This document shows positions 48,423 to 59,352 of a DNA stretch of 64,000 nt, piece after piece. A program made the position numbers and the translations under genes. This DNA comes from Flavobacteriales bacterium (GTDB lineage Bacteria > Bacteroidota > Bacteroidia > Flavobacteriales > Flavobacteriaceae). The notes under the pieces are model-generated. The model saw only the letters and a program-made list of their open reading frames with translations. It was not told the origin of the DNA and ran no database searches. The first letter of the stretch is position 1, and each line of letters begins with the position of its first letter. The stretch spans positions 4,393 to 68,392 of the forward strand of contig JBBQKI010000004.1 in assembly GCA_038326725.1 (NCBI GenBank), read 5' to 3'.

Positions 48423-49439
48423 TTATTGAAGGTCAATATTTAATCCAAAATAGCTGGAATTGGCCGCTGTACTGAATTTAGCATAGGTATAGCTCAAGCG
48501 CAATTTATTCAGTTTTATGGAAAAACCCGCGCTCAATCCCGCAAATGCACGTTTTTCAATAATTCTAAGTTCTTCAGCCCTTCTTAAATTATATCCCAAC
48601 CGAATGTTGAACCCACTTTCAGGGAAAAGTTCAATACCCACGATCATGTGCCGAAAGGCATTATCGATAAAATTAATAGTTTCTTCCTCGGAATTTCCTT
48701 CCAAATCGGTCTCTTCACGGTTTGGGTTTGAAAAAGCTACGTTCCAACGTTGCATGTTTTCCAAGGTAAAATGCCAACGGATGGGGATATTCTTCAACGT
48801 TTGGGAAATCCCTAAAATAACTTCAAAAGGCAATGGTTCGTTTATTTTATCGTAGGGCGTAAACTGGGTGCCGATGTTTCGCGCAACCCCCGTGATGTGC
48901 AAATCCCAATCCGAATAAACATACATAATCCCAATATCCACAGCCCCACCAACGGAAGAATATTGTTCCAGTTTTGAAGAAATAAATTTTACGTTCGCCC
49001 CAATATGGAAATTGGTAAAAGCAATATTACGGGCATGACCAAAGGAAACTGCCGTTTCACTCCCCGTAAAACTATTCGTTGGATTTCCGCTTTCGTCGTA
49101 ACCGTCAAAACTCCCGTAATTAATATACGTAATCCCGGCATGAAGCACTTGCGTACGGCGGTCCCACAAATAGGCATAGGCAGCGGAGCCATAGTTTACA
49201 TCGCCAATGTAATTAGTATAGTTAACTGAAAGTTGGTTGTCCATCGCCGGATTGATGCTGGCCGGATTGAACAAGGCTTGTGTTGGGTCATAATCATAAT
49301 TGGTGACCACTTTACCGCCCAAAGCGGCTTGCCGTGGATTATTGATGAGATTCAAGAATTGATAGGTGGAACGTCCTCCCACTTGCGCCATCGTTAGTGT
49401 GGTAAAGAATAAAAATAAAATCAAAACCTTTTGGTTCAT
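48423..49439 (-). CDS. porQ: PorQ-like type IX secretion outer-membrane beta-barrel protein
   Basis: Signal peptide, N-terminal GGRSTYQFLNL...PRQAALGG pattern, and alternating beta-strand sequence to the C-terminus. Family assignment is from memory of Flavobacteriia PorQ. Confidence 0.55.
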   Translation of the reverse strand: MNQKVLILFLFFTTLTMAQVGGRSTYQFLNLINNPRQAALGGKVVTNYDYDPTQALFNPASINPAMDNQLSVNYTNYIGDVNYGSAAYAYLWDRRTQVLHAGITYINYGSFDGYDESGNPTNSFTGSETAVSFGHARNIAFTNFHIGANVKFISSKLEQYSSVGGAVDIGIMYVYSDWDLHITGVARNIGTQFTPYDKINEPLPFEVILGISQTLKNIPIRWHFTLENMQRWNVAFSNPNREETDLEGNSEEETINFIDNAFRHMIVGIELFPESGFNIRLGYNLRRAEELRIIEKRAFAGLSAGFSIKLNKLRLSYTYAKFSTAANSSYFGLNIDLQ

Positions 49440-49497
49440 TGGCGCGGATACCTTTTCCTGAATTTAAAACGAATGCAAGTATAATTTATTTTTAGCG

Positions 49498-49549
49498 GGG
49501 AAAAAAGAGTTAAAGGGTTTAGAAAGCCGAATTCGTTTTTAAACCCTTT
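49498..49549 (-). terminator. Probable terminator of lon
   Basis: 9-bp stem aaagggttt / aaacccttt with a 20-nt loop. A T-run follows on the minus strand. Confidence 0.45.
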
Positions 49550-49562
49550 TTATTTTTTAAGG

Positions 49563-52013
49563 TTAAAGGGTTTTTGCGTGCTTCACTTTCTCTTTGGTAA
49601 GGGCAACGTGCAGCACATCGCTCATTTCCTTTACATAATGAAAAGTAAGGCCTTTCAAGTAATCTTCATTTATTTCTTCGATATCGCGTTTGTTGTCTTC
49701 ACAAAGAAGTATTTCCTTGATGCCCGCTCGTTTTGCGGCAAGTATTTTTTCCTTTATCCCGCCCACAGGGAGTACTTTCCCGCGCAGGGTAATTTCGCCC
49801 GTCATTGCCAAACTTTTCTTCACTTTTTGTTGGGTGAACAAAGAAACCAAAGAAGTCAACATTGTTATGCCGGCACTTGGCCCGTCTTTCGGCGTTGCTC
49901 CTTCAGGCACATGAATGTGTACGTTATAATTTTCAAAAACATCGGGGGAAATCCCTAATTGCTCCGAATTGGATTTAATATATTCAAGTGCTATCGTCGC
50001 GGACTCTTTCATCACCTTTCCAAGGTTTCCGGTCATATTGAGGTTACCTTTTCCTTTGGAAAGTGCGGATTCAATAAACAAAATATCCCCGCCCACACGG
50101 GTCCATGCAAGACCTGTAACCACTCCTGCCACTTCGTTATTTTCATATTTGTCGCGCTCCATTTTTGGAGCACCCAGTACTTTTTCAATTATTTCAGAAC
50201 TCACTTTTACTTCATATTCTTCTTCCATCGCAAGTTTCATGGCTGCATAACGCACCATCTTCGCAATTTGCTTTTCCAGCGCGCGGACACCACTTTCCCG
50301 GGTATAACCCACCACGATTTTTTCGAGTTGCGGTTTGCCAATTTTTAGGGCATCTTTCGCCATGCCATGTTCCTTTAATTGTTTGGGAAGTAGATGCCGT
50401 TTCGCAATCTCCACTTTTTCTTCCACGGTATAACCGGTAACATTTATAATTTCCATCCGGTCCAAAAGTGCTGGCTGAATGGTGCTTAGGCTATTGGAGG
50501 TGGCCACGAACATTACTTTAGAAAGATCGTAGCCCAGTTCCAAAAAGTTGTCATAAAAAGAATTGTTCTGTTCCGGGTCCAGTACTTCCAACATTGCTGA
50601 GGAAGGATCGCCCTGGTTACTGCTCGCTATTTTATCGATTTCGTCCAAAACAAAAACAGGATTACTGGTACCTGCTTTTTTCACACTTTGTATGATACGT
50701 CCCGGCATGGCGCCAATGTAGGTTTTACGGTGACCGCGTATTTCTGCCTCATCGCGCAAGCCACCTAGTGACATCCGCACATATTTCCTACCCAGGGCCT
50801 CGGCTATGGATTTTCCCAACGATGTTTTTCCAACCCCCGGAGGACCGTAAAGACAAAGGATTGGCGATTTCATATCGTTTCTCAACTTCAAAACGGCAAG
50901 GTATTCAATGATGCGTTTTTTCACATCGTCCAAACCATAATGGTCGCGATCCAAGATTTTACGGGCACGCTTTAGATCAAATTTATCTTTGCTGTATTTA
51001 TTCCAGGGCAGGTCCAGCATCAGTTCCAAATAATTTCGCTGAATTCCATAATCGGCCACTTGCGGATTCATTCGCTGCATTTTTGACAATTCTTTCAAAA
51101 AATGAGTCTCCACTTCTTTACTCCATTTTTTGGTTTTGGAACGTTTTCGCATTTCCTCAATATCCTCTTCCAAAGTAGAACCACCCAATTCTTCCTGAAT
51201 GGTTTTCATTTGTTGATGAAGAAAATATTCGCGTTGCTGTTGGTTGATATCGCTATGTACTTTTGAATGGATATCGTTCCGTAAGGAAAGTTTTTGGATT
51301 TCAAGGTTCATATAACGCAAGGTTTCCAAAGCGCGTTCCTGAAGGCCGTTCAGTTCCAACAATTTTTGTTTTTCCTCAACGGTAATGTTCAGGTTTGAAG
51401 AAACAAAATTTATCAGGAAACTGGAGCTTTCAATATTTTTTATAGCAAATGCCGCTTCGGACGGGATGTTCGGGCTGTTCTTGATTATTTCTAAAGCCAT
51501 TTCCTTAATGGAATCAATAATGGCCTTGAATTCCGGATTCTCTTTTTCGGGACGCTCCTCCTCCACTTCCCGAATTTTTGCGGTCATATAAGGAGAGGTG
51601 GTAAGTACCTCTGCGACTTCAAAACGTTTCTTGCCTTGTATAATAACGGTCGTATTGCCGTCGGGCATTTTCAAAACCTTTAAAATTTGGGCAACTGTTC
51701 CAATAGTATTTATGTCTTTCAGGCCTGGTTCCTCTTCGTTTTCATCTTTTTGGGAAACCACCCCAATCACTTTGTTTCCCTTATTTGTTTCATTGATTAA
51801 TTTTATTGATTTGTCGCGTCCAGCGGTAATTGGAATTACCACCCCGGGAAACAAAACGGTATTTCGAAGCGGCAAAATGGGAAGTACCTCGGGCAGGTCT
51901 TCCTTATGCATAGCGTCTTCGTCTTCACTGGACATAAGCGGGATAAATTCCGCATCTTCCTGTAATTCCTGAAATGACAAACTGTCCAAAGAGGTTATTT
52001 TTGATTGAGCCAT
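49563..52013 (-). CDS. lon: ATP-dependent endopeptidase La (Lon protease)
   Basis: 816 aa. Walker [17 protein letters not shown], and protease catalytic region [11 protein letters not shown]. Confidence 0.96.
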   Translation of the reverse strand: MAQSKITSLDSLSFQELQEDAEFIPLMSSEDEDAMHKEDLPEVLPILPLRNTVLFPGVVIPITAGRDKSIKLINETNKGNKVIGVVSQKDENEEEPGLKDINTIGTVAQILKVLKMPDGNTTVIIQGKKRFEVAEVLTTSPYMTAKIREVEEERPEKENPEFKAIIDSIKEMALEIIKNSPNIPSEAAFAIKNIESSSFLINFVSSNLNITVEEKQKLLELNGLQERALETLRYMNLEIQKLSLRNDIHSKVHSDINQQQREYFLHQQMKTIQEELGGSTLEEDIEEMRKRSKTKKWSKEVETHFLKELSKMQRMNPQVADYGIQRNYLELMLDLPWNKYSKDKFDLKRARKILDRDHYGLDDVKKRIIEYLAVLKLRNDMKSPILCLYGPPGVGKTSLGKSIAEALGRKYVRMSLGGLRDEAEIRGHRKTYIGAMPGRIIQSVKKAGTSNPVFVLDEIDKIASSNQGDPSSAMLEVLDPEQNNSFYDNFLELGYDLSKVMFVATSNSLSTIQPALLDRMEIINVTGYTVEEKVEIAKRHLLPKQLKEHGMAKDALKIGKPQLEKIVVGYTRESGVRALEKQIAKMVRYAAMKLAMEEEYEVKVSSEIIEKVLGAPKMERDKYENNEVAGVVTGLAWTRVGGDILFIESALSKGKGNLNMTGNLGKVMKESATIALEYIKSNSEQLGISPDVFENYNVHIHVPEGATPKDGPSAGITMLTSLVSLFTQQKVKKSLAMTGEITLRGKVLPVGGIKEKILAAKRAGIKEILLCEDNKRDIEEINEDYLKGLTFHYVKEMSDVLHVALTKEKVKHAKTL

Positions 52014-52221
52014 ATAGTTCGGTAAGACATTGTGTCACTTGAAAAAGGGACCGCTGTTCTTAAATTTTTAATGTTCGGTTAAAATTATAAAAAACCCAAT
52101 GAATACAAGTGATTTAGGCTTTCGATAATTATAATAATTCAACATTTGTGCCATTAAATAAAATTTATTAATTCACGAAAGTGTAACAATTAAAGCCAAC
52201 CGCTATCTTTAATACAAACAA

Positions 52222-52782
52222 TTGTTTTTTTTTTTGACACCAACCAAACAAAATATTGAATCACTCTTAGTTCTTTGCAAACAGGGCAACCGCATTGCAC
52301 AAATGGAAGTCTATAATCGTTACCAAGGCGCAATGTTCAACGTGGCGTTCCGGATTTTGAAAGATACTGCTGAAGCCGAAGATATGATGCAGGAATCTTT
52401 TATCACGGCTTTCAGCAAGCTTGAAAATTTTAAAGGTGGAGCATCTTTTGGTTTTTGGTTGAAAAGAATTGTGGTGAACAACAGCATTTCTCAATATAAA
52501 AAATCAAAACGCTTTGTAATGATTTCCCATGAAGAAATTGCGGACGAAGTGGATGAAACCTATGATGCTGGCAGTGAGGATCTCACTAAAATCAAGGCCG
52601 AAAAAGTGCTGCGTTGCATGGATGAATTGCACGGGAGTTACCAACGGATTTTGACCCTGCATTTGATTGAGGGATATGATTACCCAGAATTATGCGAAAT
52701 GCTGGAAATCAGTTATGCCAATTGCCGGACCCTTATTTCGCGGGCCAAGGAAAGTTTAAGAAAAAAATTAATATCAACATGA
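52222..52782 (+). CDS. ECF-type RNA polymerase sigma-70 factor
   Basis: Region 2 (EAEDMMQESFITAF, FWLKRIVVNNS) and region 4 (LHLIEGYDYPELCEMLEISYANCRTLISRAKESLRK). No ATG lies near the 5' end, so TTG 52222 or 52234 is the likely start. Confidence 0.88.
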   Translation: MFFFLTPTKQNIESLLVLCKQGNRIAQMEVYNRYQGAMFNVAFRILKDTAEAEDMMQESFITAFSKLENFKGGASFGFWLKRIVVNNSISQYKKSKRFVMISHEEIADEVDETYDAGSEDLTKIKAEKVLRCMDELHGSYQRILTLHLIEGYDYPELCEMLEISYANCRTLISRAKESLRKKLIST

Positions 52783-53324
52783 AAAAAGACGAACTGGATA
52801 TATTGTTCAAAAAACTGGAAGGCAGTTTTGATGTGCAGCAAACTCCCAAAGGCCACCAAAAACGATTTTTGGAAAAACTGAATGGAGAAAAGCAAACTGA
52901 GAAAAAGCCATGGAATATTTGGAAACCGCTCTCCATAGCGGCGTCGGTTGCGGTTTTGTTCACGATTGGCTTTTTGTTCTTAAAAAATGATGGGCATCAA
53001 AACGATTTGGCAAGCGTTTCCCCGGAAATGGAACAGACACAATCTTTTTTCACTAATGAAATTAAAAAAGAGCTTCAAACGCTTAAGGCCTTTGACAATC
53101 CAGAAACAATGGCGGTGGTAAATGATGCGCTCAAACAAATTGCACAATTGGAAAGTGAATATGAAAACCTTAAAAAAGATCTTGGCGAAAGTGGAAATGA
53201 TAAACGGGTGATTTATGCCATGATCACCAATTTTCAAAACAGGATAGACCTTTTAAAACAAGTTATTAATAAAATGGAAAAAATAGAAACCCTTAAAACC
53301 AATACACATGAAACTATATTATAA
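52779..53324 (+). CDS. Putative anti-sigma factor (single-pass membrane protein)
   Basis: Its ATG overlaps the sigma-factor stop (ATGA). Short cytoplasmic segment, one TM helix (LSIAASVAVLFTIGFLFL) and a coiled-coil extracytoplasmic part. Confidence 0.6.
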   Translation: MKKDELDILFKKLEGSFDVQQTPKGHQKRFLEKLNGEKQTEKKPWNIWKPLSIAASVAVLFTIGFLFLKNDGHQNDLASVSPEMEQTQSFFTNEIKKELQTLKAFDNPETMAVVNDALKQIAQLESEYENLKKDLGESGNDKRVIYAMITNFQNRIDLLKQVINKMEKIETLKTNTHETIL

Positions 53325-54384
53325 ATTAATAGTCTTTTTGCTCTTGCCCACATTAATTTTCGCCAACAACGGAAAATTCAAGGGAAAATACACCAAGGAA
53401 AAAACCATCAAAAAAGAATTCAATGTAAGTTCTGATGCGCTCCTAAAAATCGACAACAGCTACGGAAACGTTGACGTGGCCACATGGAACGAAAACCGGA
53501 CGGTCATTGAAGTTAGAATCCTAACCAATGGGAATGATGAAAAAAAGGTATTGGAAAAACTGGATGAAATTACCGTAAAGTTTTCTGCAACCAATTCACT
53601 AGTAAGCGCCGAAACCATTTTCAGCGATAGTAAAGGCTGGAACTTATGGGGAAGCAACAATAATGTCTCGATGGAAATAAACTATACCATCAAAATCCCG
53701 ATGACAAATTCCGTGGAATTGGACAATAATTATGGTGCCATCAGCATCAAAAAATTGATGGGAAATTCAAAAATAGATTGCGATTACGGCCAGCTTATTA
53801 TTGGGGAATTGCTTGGGGGAACTAATTTGCTCAATTTCAATTACACTAACAATTCCACGATAGGTTATATGAAATCTGGAAAAATTTATGCCGATTATTC
53901 AAGCTTTATTTTGGAGAAAGCGGAGAATATCGAGGTCTTTGCAGACTACACCGATACCGAGATTTTGGAAGCCAACAACCTAATTTATATTTGTGATTAC
54001 GGGAAAATAACTGTGAAAAAAATCAATAACCTAAATGGCAACGGCGATTATATTACTACACGTATCGGTTCTGTAACCGGCTCAGTTAAAATCGATAGCG
54101 ATTATGGCTCAATAGGAATTGAAAGGCTCACCAATACCGCACGGAACGTTACCATAAACAGCAATTATACCTCAGTGAAAATTGGTTTCGAAGCGGGTTA
54201 TGAGGCCAATTTTGAATTGGATATAAACTACGCAAGTTTTAATGGGGAGGAGAACGTAACCCTTACCAAATCAGTTGATGACCGAACTTCACTAAGCATG
54301 AAAGGCTTTATTATAAACAAGAATTCCACAAATAAAGTGACCATTAAATCCAATTACGGCGGGGTAACCTTTATTAAACTTTAA
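53308..54384 (+). CDS. DUF4097-family beta-strand-repeat protein (putative adhesin)
   Basis: Signal peptide. Repeated N/D-Y-G-x-I/V units (NSYGNVDV, NNYGAISI, CDYGQLII, CDYGKITV, SDYGSIGI, SNYGGVTF). Overlaps the anti-sigma gene by 17 nt. Confidence 0.75.
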   Translation: MKLYYKLIVFLLLPTLIFANNGKFKGKYTKEKTIKKEFNVSSDALLKIDNSYGNVDVATWNENRTVIEVRILTNGNDEKKVLEKLDEITVKFSATNSLVSAETIFSDSKGWNLWGSNNNVSMEINYTIKIPMTNSVELDNNYGAISIKKLMGNSKIDCDYGQLIIGELLGGTNLLNFNYTNNSTIGYMKSGKIYADYSSFILEKAENIEVFADYTDTEILEANNLIYICDYGKITVKKINNLNGNGDYITTRIGSVTGSVKIDSDYGSIGIERLTNTARNVTINSNYTSVKIGFEAGYEANFELDINYASFNGEENVTLTKSVDDRTSLSMKGFIINKNSTNKVTIKSNYGGVTFIKL

Positions 54385-54420
54385 TCCAAAACCTTATTTT
54401 ATATAGTTTGAGTATTAGCA

Positions 54421-54460
54421 AAAAAAAACGTCCCAAATTTAATTTTGGGACGTTTTTTTT
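54421..54460. terminator. Bidirectional rho-independent terminator
   Basis: A8, then a 10-bp stem acgtcccaaa / tttgggacgt, then T8, between convergent genes. Confidence 0.85.
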
Positions 54461-54475
54461 ATTATTGAAAAATTC

Positions 54476-55879
54476 TTATTCTATAACTGCTAAAAATGAT
54501 CCGCTAGTGATTCCAAATTCGGTTTCATCCATACCAGTTGGATCCACTGCTGTAAATACAAACGTTCCTTCAATGATCCCTCCGGTAATATCATAATTGG
54601 TAATGGTCAATACCCCTGGGTTGGAAACATAGGTGATAGAAGTACCTACCAAAGGATTGTACGATCCTACTTTTTCATCACCGTTTTCAAAAACAGGGCC
54701 CATGGGGTAGGCTGCTTCATCAATAATAAGCGGGAAGGTAAGTCCCATGCTTTGTTCTCCCCTGGTGGTAATAATGGTAAGATTTGGAATCCCGTTAAGC
54801 ATCGATTGTGTGATGGTTATGGTTTCCGGTACGTAAGCTGCGCCGTCCACGGTTGCCAAAAATGCGTTTGTTGCCCCCGGCACGCCAACAAAAATTGCTG
54901 TAAAACTACCCTCTGTAACTTCCACTACGGTCTGATCTATACCCAAGGGATCGGTCCCCGTAAATGCAAAAGTAGCTTTCAGCGATCCGAGTTCAAGGTC
55001 AAATTCAGTAATGGTAATCGTCCCCGGGTTTGAAGTTAAATTTTCGCCACCCAACCCGTCGTTATATAAAGCTATCAATTTAGTTCCGTCCGAAAGATTT
55101 TCCATGGCAAATGTACCCACGCCCAAGTTTCGGGGTACATCTATTCTTATCAATGCCCCTTGAGAATTTCGGGCTTCTACCTTTATCATTTGTATCCCTC
55201 CAATTATTGGCTCTGTAACCTGTATGCTATCCGCAATAAAATCTACCCCGTCAACAATTGCAAAAAACTCATTCTCTGGATCGGTGCCGGTGCCTCCACC
55301 GCCTCCGTCGTCTTCAATTGTATATGGAATAGAATTGAAAGCACCTTCAGTTATTTGAATATTTTCTATTACGGGATCTCCATTACCGTCCAAGATTGGG
55401 TTTCCTTCAACATCCACCTGTGGCCTTCCTCCTATAAAATTAAAAGTACCTGTAATAGTCAAAGAGTCGGTATTGATTTCCGTGATTTGCATGATGCCCG
55501 AACCCCCCAAACTGTCCGCAGACATGTATGGGAAGGCATTGATTACCCCGTCAATATATCTGCCGAAGTTACTGCTACTCGACCCCGTGGTTAGTGCAAA
55601 ATTGCCAATTGCGGCATTGCTTATGGACAAATCAATTTTTTGACCCGTGGAAGACTTCAATCCTGAAATGAACAGTTCATTTTCTGGAGTCATCACACCG
55701 GCTGCCGTTTCGGCTTGAAATTCCTCCCCGGCTATGGTGGCTATAAACTGGCCCTCATTGGCAGGATTTTCAATCTCCACCTCTTGTGGAAAGGCATCTG
55801 TAGGTTCAACCTCGCAAGCAGTGAAATTAATAGCAACAAATGCAACAATCGCCCAGCTTAAGTATTTTATTTTCTTCAT
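54476..55879 (-). CDS. Lipoprotein with three tandem DUF6252-like (lipocalin-like) domains
   Basis: Lipobox AINFTAC. Three modules of about 130 aa each begin F[IFL]A[TI][IV][AD]G and end [IL]TGTFNF / LKATFAFTG / IEGTFVFTA ... GSF. Confidence 0.65.
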   Translation of the reverse strand: MKKIKYLSWAIVAFVAINFTACEVEPTDAFPQEVEIENPANEGQFIATIAGEEFQAETAAGVMTPENELFISGLKSSTGQKIDLSISNAAIGNFALTTGSSSSNFGRYIDGVINAFPYMSADSLGGSGIMQITEINTDSLTITGTFNFIGGRPQVDVEGNPILDGNGDPVIENIQITEGAFNSIPYTIEDDGGGGGTGTDPENEFFAIVDGVDFIADSIQVTEPIIGGIQMIKVEARNSQGALIRIDVPRNLGVGTFAMENLSDGTKLIALYNDGLGGENLTSNPGTITITEFDLELGSLKATFAFTGTDPLGIDQTVVEVTEGSFTAIFVGVPGATNAFLATVDGAAYVPETITITQSMLNGIPNLTIITTRGEQSMGLTFPLIIDEAAYPMGPVFENGDEKVGSYNPLVGTSITYVSNPGVLTITNYDITGGIIEGTFVFTAVDPTGMDETEFGITSGSFLAVIE

Positions 55880-55927
55880 AAGAAATGTTTTCCTTTGGTA
55901 ATAAACGCAAACATAAGTAAAAATTGT

Positions 55928-57247
55928 TTATTTGGTTTTAAATCTTGGAACTCTTAGCAATAAAATTATTCCCGCAATAAAAAATACCACGAGGAATAAT
56001 ATTGAATTTCTCATATTTCCGGTTACCTGATCTATAACTCCATAAATGAGCATTCCAATGACAATACCGATTTTTTCGGCCACATCGTAAAAACTGAAAT
56101 AGGAAGTGGTGTCTTTGGTTTCGGGTAAAAATTTTGAATACGTAGATCGTGACAGCGATTGTATGCCGCCCATCACCAATCCCACAACTCCTGCGGTGGC
56201 ATAAAACTGAATTGGGCTTTCAATAAAAAAAGCAACAATACAAATACCTACCCAAATAGTATTAATCACGATTAGGGTTGGAATATTCCCGAATTTTTCT
56301 GAAGATCTTGATGTTAAAACCGCCCCAACAACCGCAACCAATTGAATAATCAAAATACTGGAAATAAGCCCGATGGTTTTTTTCTCATCATCGCCCCAAG
56401 CTATTTCTTGTTCCCCAAAATATGTGGCTACCAACATAACCGTTTGCACGGCCATGCTGTAAACAAAAAAAGCTGAAAGGTATTTTTTTAGAGTAGGGTT
56501 TTCGGTAAGTGAAAGATAAACCGCTTTTAATTCCCTAAATCCGTTAAAGATTATTTTTCGGCTCACTTTTCTTCCCTCGTTGTTTCCTTTTGGCAAATAA
56601 TAAAAAGAATATTGACTGAAAAGAATCCACCATATCCCAACCAAAACAAAGGAATACCGCATTGCTTTCATACTAGCCTCCCCACCCGAGCCAAGGCCGA
56701 ACCATTCGGGTTTCATTACCATGGCCAAATTAAAAAGCAACAAAACCACGCTGCCAATGTAGCCCATGGAATACCCTCTCGCGCTCACCCTGTCCTGCTG
56801 CTCCGTAAAAGCAACATCGGGCAAATAGGAATTATAAAAAACCAAGCTTCCCCAAAATCCCACGAGCCCAAAAAAATAAAATAAGAGGCTGGTGTAAATA
56901 TTTTCAAGACTGAAAAAATAAAGCCCCATACACGAAAGTGCACCCAGGTAACAGAAAAATTTCATGAACACCTTTTTGTTCCCTACATAATCCGCTATCC
57001 CCGAAAGTAAAGGAGAAATGAAGGCCACAAGCAGAAAGGCTGCTGCAGTAGTATAGGTTATTAATGGAGTACTGCGAATATTTCCAGCAAAAATGGAAAT
57101 GCTTTCCACTTCGGCAATATTAAAAAGCGCACCATAATAAATAGGAAATATCGCGGAAGCAATCACCAAACTATAAACGGAATTTGCCCAATCATAAAAC
57201 GCCCAAGCATTGAGCAGTTTTTTGCTTCCTTTTGGTAGGTTGGTCAT
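55928..57247 (-). CDS. MFS transporter (UMF1/Atg22-like family)
   Basis: 439 aa, about 12 TM helices, with an N-terminal NAWAFYDWANSVYSLVI pattern. Confidence 0.8.
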   Translation of the reverse strand: MTNLPKGSKKLLNAWAFYDWANSVYSLVIASAIFPIYYGALFNIAEVESISIFAGNIRSTPLITYTTAAAFLLVAFISPLLSGIADYVGNKKVFMKFFCYLGALSCMGLYFFSLENIYTSLLFYFFGLVGFWGSLVFYNSYLPDVAFTEQQDRVSARGYSMGYIGSVVLLLFNLAMVMKPEWFGLGSGGEASMKAMRYSFVLVGIWWILFSQYSFYYLPKGNNEGRKVSRKIIFNGFRELKAVYLSLTENPTLKKYLSAFFVYSMAVQTVMLVATYFGEQEIAWGDDEKKTIGLISSILIIQLVAVVGAVLTSRSSEKFGNIPTLIVINTIWVGICIVAFFIESPIQFYATAGVVGLVMGGIQSLSRSTYSKFLPETKDTTSYFSFYDVAEKIGIVIGMLIYGVIDQVTGNMRNSILFLVVFFIAGIILLLRVPRFKTK

Positions 57248-57260
57248 TATAAATTGAGTA

Positions 57261-57296
57261 AAAAATAAAAGTGGCTGAATTTTACAATTCAGCCAC
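57261..57296 (-). terminator. Rho-independent terminator (M48 peptidase gene)
   Basis: 11-bp stem gtggctgaatt / aattcagccac with loop ttac. On the minus strand it is followed by TTTTATTTTT. Confidence 0.8.
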
Positions 57297-57327
57297 CTAA
57301 AGTAATAAAATTATCGTTTTATGAAAC

Positions 57328-58161
57328 TTATTTTTTAAACGTAGTTACCCCAAACTTTCGTGCTTCTACTTTTGCTGCCGGAGCCCATGCCGTAATGTTT
57401 TGGATACGGGTGGTGCTTGAAGGGTGGGTGCTCAAAAATTCCGGTGGTGCCCCGCCCCCGCCTTGAGATTGCATACGTCGCCACACATCCGCAGCTACAA
57501 TTGGGTCATAACCGGCAATGGCCATTAACGTGAGCCCAATCTTGTCTGCTTCGGTTTCGTGGCTTCGGCTAAAGGGAAGCATAATCCCCAAGTTGGAGCC
57601 CAAACCATAGGCTGTATTGAAAATTTGTTGGTTTTCGGGATTTTTTGCAAGGGCAACATTTCCTGCCACAGCGCCAAGTTGTTGCAATTGTCCTGCGCTC
57701 ATTCGTTGCTGTCCATGATTGGCAAGGGCATGTGCCACTTCGTGACCCATTACTGCCGCTGCTCCGGCCTCGTTTTGGGTGATGGGTAAAATTCCCGTGT
57801 AAAAAACGATTTTCCCACCGGGCATGCACCATGCGTTTACTTCCGGGCTTTGAATCAATTTATATTCCCAACGATAATCGGTCAAATAACCGGAATATCC
57901 ATTTGCGGTTAAATAACGCTCGGCGGCAGTGGCTATTTTTTGCCCAACGCTAGCTATCATTTTTGCGTCGGCGGTACTGCTTACAACTTTGTTTTCGGAT
58001 AAAAATTCACCGTATTGCTGAAATGCCATGGGTAATATCTGCGAATTGGGTACCAAAGCCAAAGTTTGCTTCCCGGTGAAAGGATTAGTGGCGCAGGCTA
58101 CCGCAAAAATTGCAACAACTATAAAGGATAATAAGATTTTCGTTTTCATTTGAATGTTCAA
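57328..58161 (-). CDS. M48-family zinc metallopeptidase, lipoprotein
   Basis: Lipobox FAVAC. HEXXH motif (MGHEVAHALANH), downstream ETEAD. Confidence 0.85.
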   Translation of the reverse strand: MNIQMKTKILLSFIVVAIFAVACATNPFTGKQTLALVPNSQILPMAFQQYGEFLSENKVVSSTADAKMIASVGQKIATAAERYLTANGYSGYLTDYRWEYKLIQSPEVNAWCMPGGKIVFYTGILPITQNEAGAAAVMGHEVAHALANHGQQRMSAGQLQQLGAVAGNVALAKNPENQQIFNTAYGLGSNLGIMLPFSRSHETEADKIGLTLMAIAGYDPIVAADVWRRMQSQGGGGAPPEFLSTHPSSTTRIQNITAWAPAAKVEARKFGVTTFKK

Positions 58162-58356
58162 TTTAAGTGAATTTAAAAGTAGTGATATAAATATATGATA
58201 GTATTAAAATTTATATAAATAATGAGTTTCATTAAATAATAAAATTTATTATAAACTTAATAGAATGCAGTCCACTAACCTCCTACATTTATGACAAAAT
58301 TATTCGTGGAACGAAATTTGATATTTCAACCTAAAAATCATTAAATCCTTTTTATC

Positions 58357-58851
58357 ATGAAAAATTTCTTTCTTTTTCTATCACTTTCAACAGCAGTAAT
58401 CTTTACTTCCTGCGAAGGCGATCCAGGACCTCCGGGAGAACCTGGTGGATTGGTCTATGGGCAGGTTTTTGAAGTGAATGCTACATTTAATGAAAATAAT
58501 GGTTTCGAGGAATTGTTTACATTTCCCTCCAATGTTGAAGTATTTGAAAGCGATGTTGTTTTGGCCTATTTGCTAATAGAAGTAGATAATGGGGTTGATG
58601 TTTGGAGCCAATTACCACAAACATTTTTCCCCCCACAAGGAACTTTACTTTATACGTTCGATCACACATTTCTTGACGTAAAATTAATTTTGGACGGTAA
58701 TTTTAATCTAAACCTTTTGGGGCAGGAATGGACGGATAATCAAATTTTCCGTATTGCCATTGTTCCCGCGGAATATGCGAATGCAAACCTTTCCATGGAA
58801 GAGTTGTTGCAAATGATGGAAATGGAGGCTTCCCAAATCGAAAAACTTTAA
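58357..58851 (+). CDS. Hypothetical lipoprotein with a short collagen-like G-x-y stretch
   Basis: Lipobox IFTSC followed by EGDPGPPGEPGG. 164 aa. No family recognised. Confidence 0.55.
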   Translation: MKNFFLFLSLSTAVIFTSCEGDPGPPGEPGGLVYGQVFEVNATFNENNGFEELFTFPSNVEVFESDVVLAYLLIEVDNGVDVWSQLPQTFFPPQGTLLYTFDHTFLDVKLILDGNFNLNLLGQEWTDNQIFRIAIVPAEYANANLSMEELLQMMEMEASQIEKL

Positions 58852-58854
58852 TTT

Positions 58855-59352
58855 TTGAAAATGAAAACACTTTCACTTTTTGCCTCAATTCTTCTTTTTT
58901 TCAGCTGCAATTCCAAAGCACAGGACAAGCAGGTTGAAAACGCCGATACTAATTTTACGGTCAACAAAACCGAAGCGGAATGGAAGGCCGAGCTTACCCC
59001 GGAGCAATTTTACATTTTGAGGGAGGAAGGCACGGAAGCCCCTTTTTCCAGTGCTCTTAACGATAATAAGAAGAAAGGCACGTATTTTTGTGCTGCTTGC
59101 GATAATCCCGTTTTTAAAAGCGAACATAAATTCGACAGCGGTACGGGATGGCCCAGTTTTGACCGGGAAATAAAGGGCAATGTTGCCTTTTCCACAGACA
59201 ATCATTTGGGATATGCCAGAACCGAAGAACATTGCGCCAAATGTGGCGGCCACTTGGGCCACGTTTTTGATGACGGCCCACGCGAAACCACGGGAAAAAG
59301 GCATTGCATAAACGGCGATGCTTTAAAATTTGTACCCGATGAAAAGAAATAA
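58855..59352 (+). CDS. msrB: Peptide-methionine (R)-S-oxide reductase MsrB, exported (lipoprotein-type signal)
   Basis: Signal/lipobox LLFFSC. Zn-site CxxC pairs (CAACDNP, CAKCGGHLGH), GWPSF and catalytic RHCINGDAL. Confidence 0.9.
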   Translation: MKMKTLSLFASILLFFSCNSKAQDKQVENADTNFTVNKTEAEWKAELTPEQFYILREEGTEAPFSSALNDNKKKGTYFCAACDNPVFKSEHKFDSGTGWPSFDREIKGNVAFSTDNHLGYARTEEHCAKCGGHLGHVFDDGPRETTGKRHCINGDALKFVPDEKK

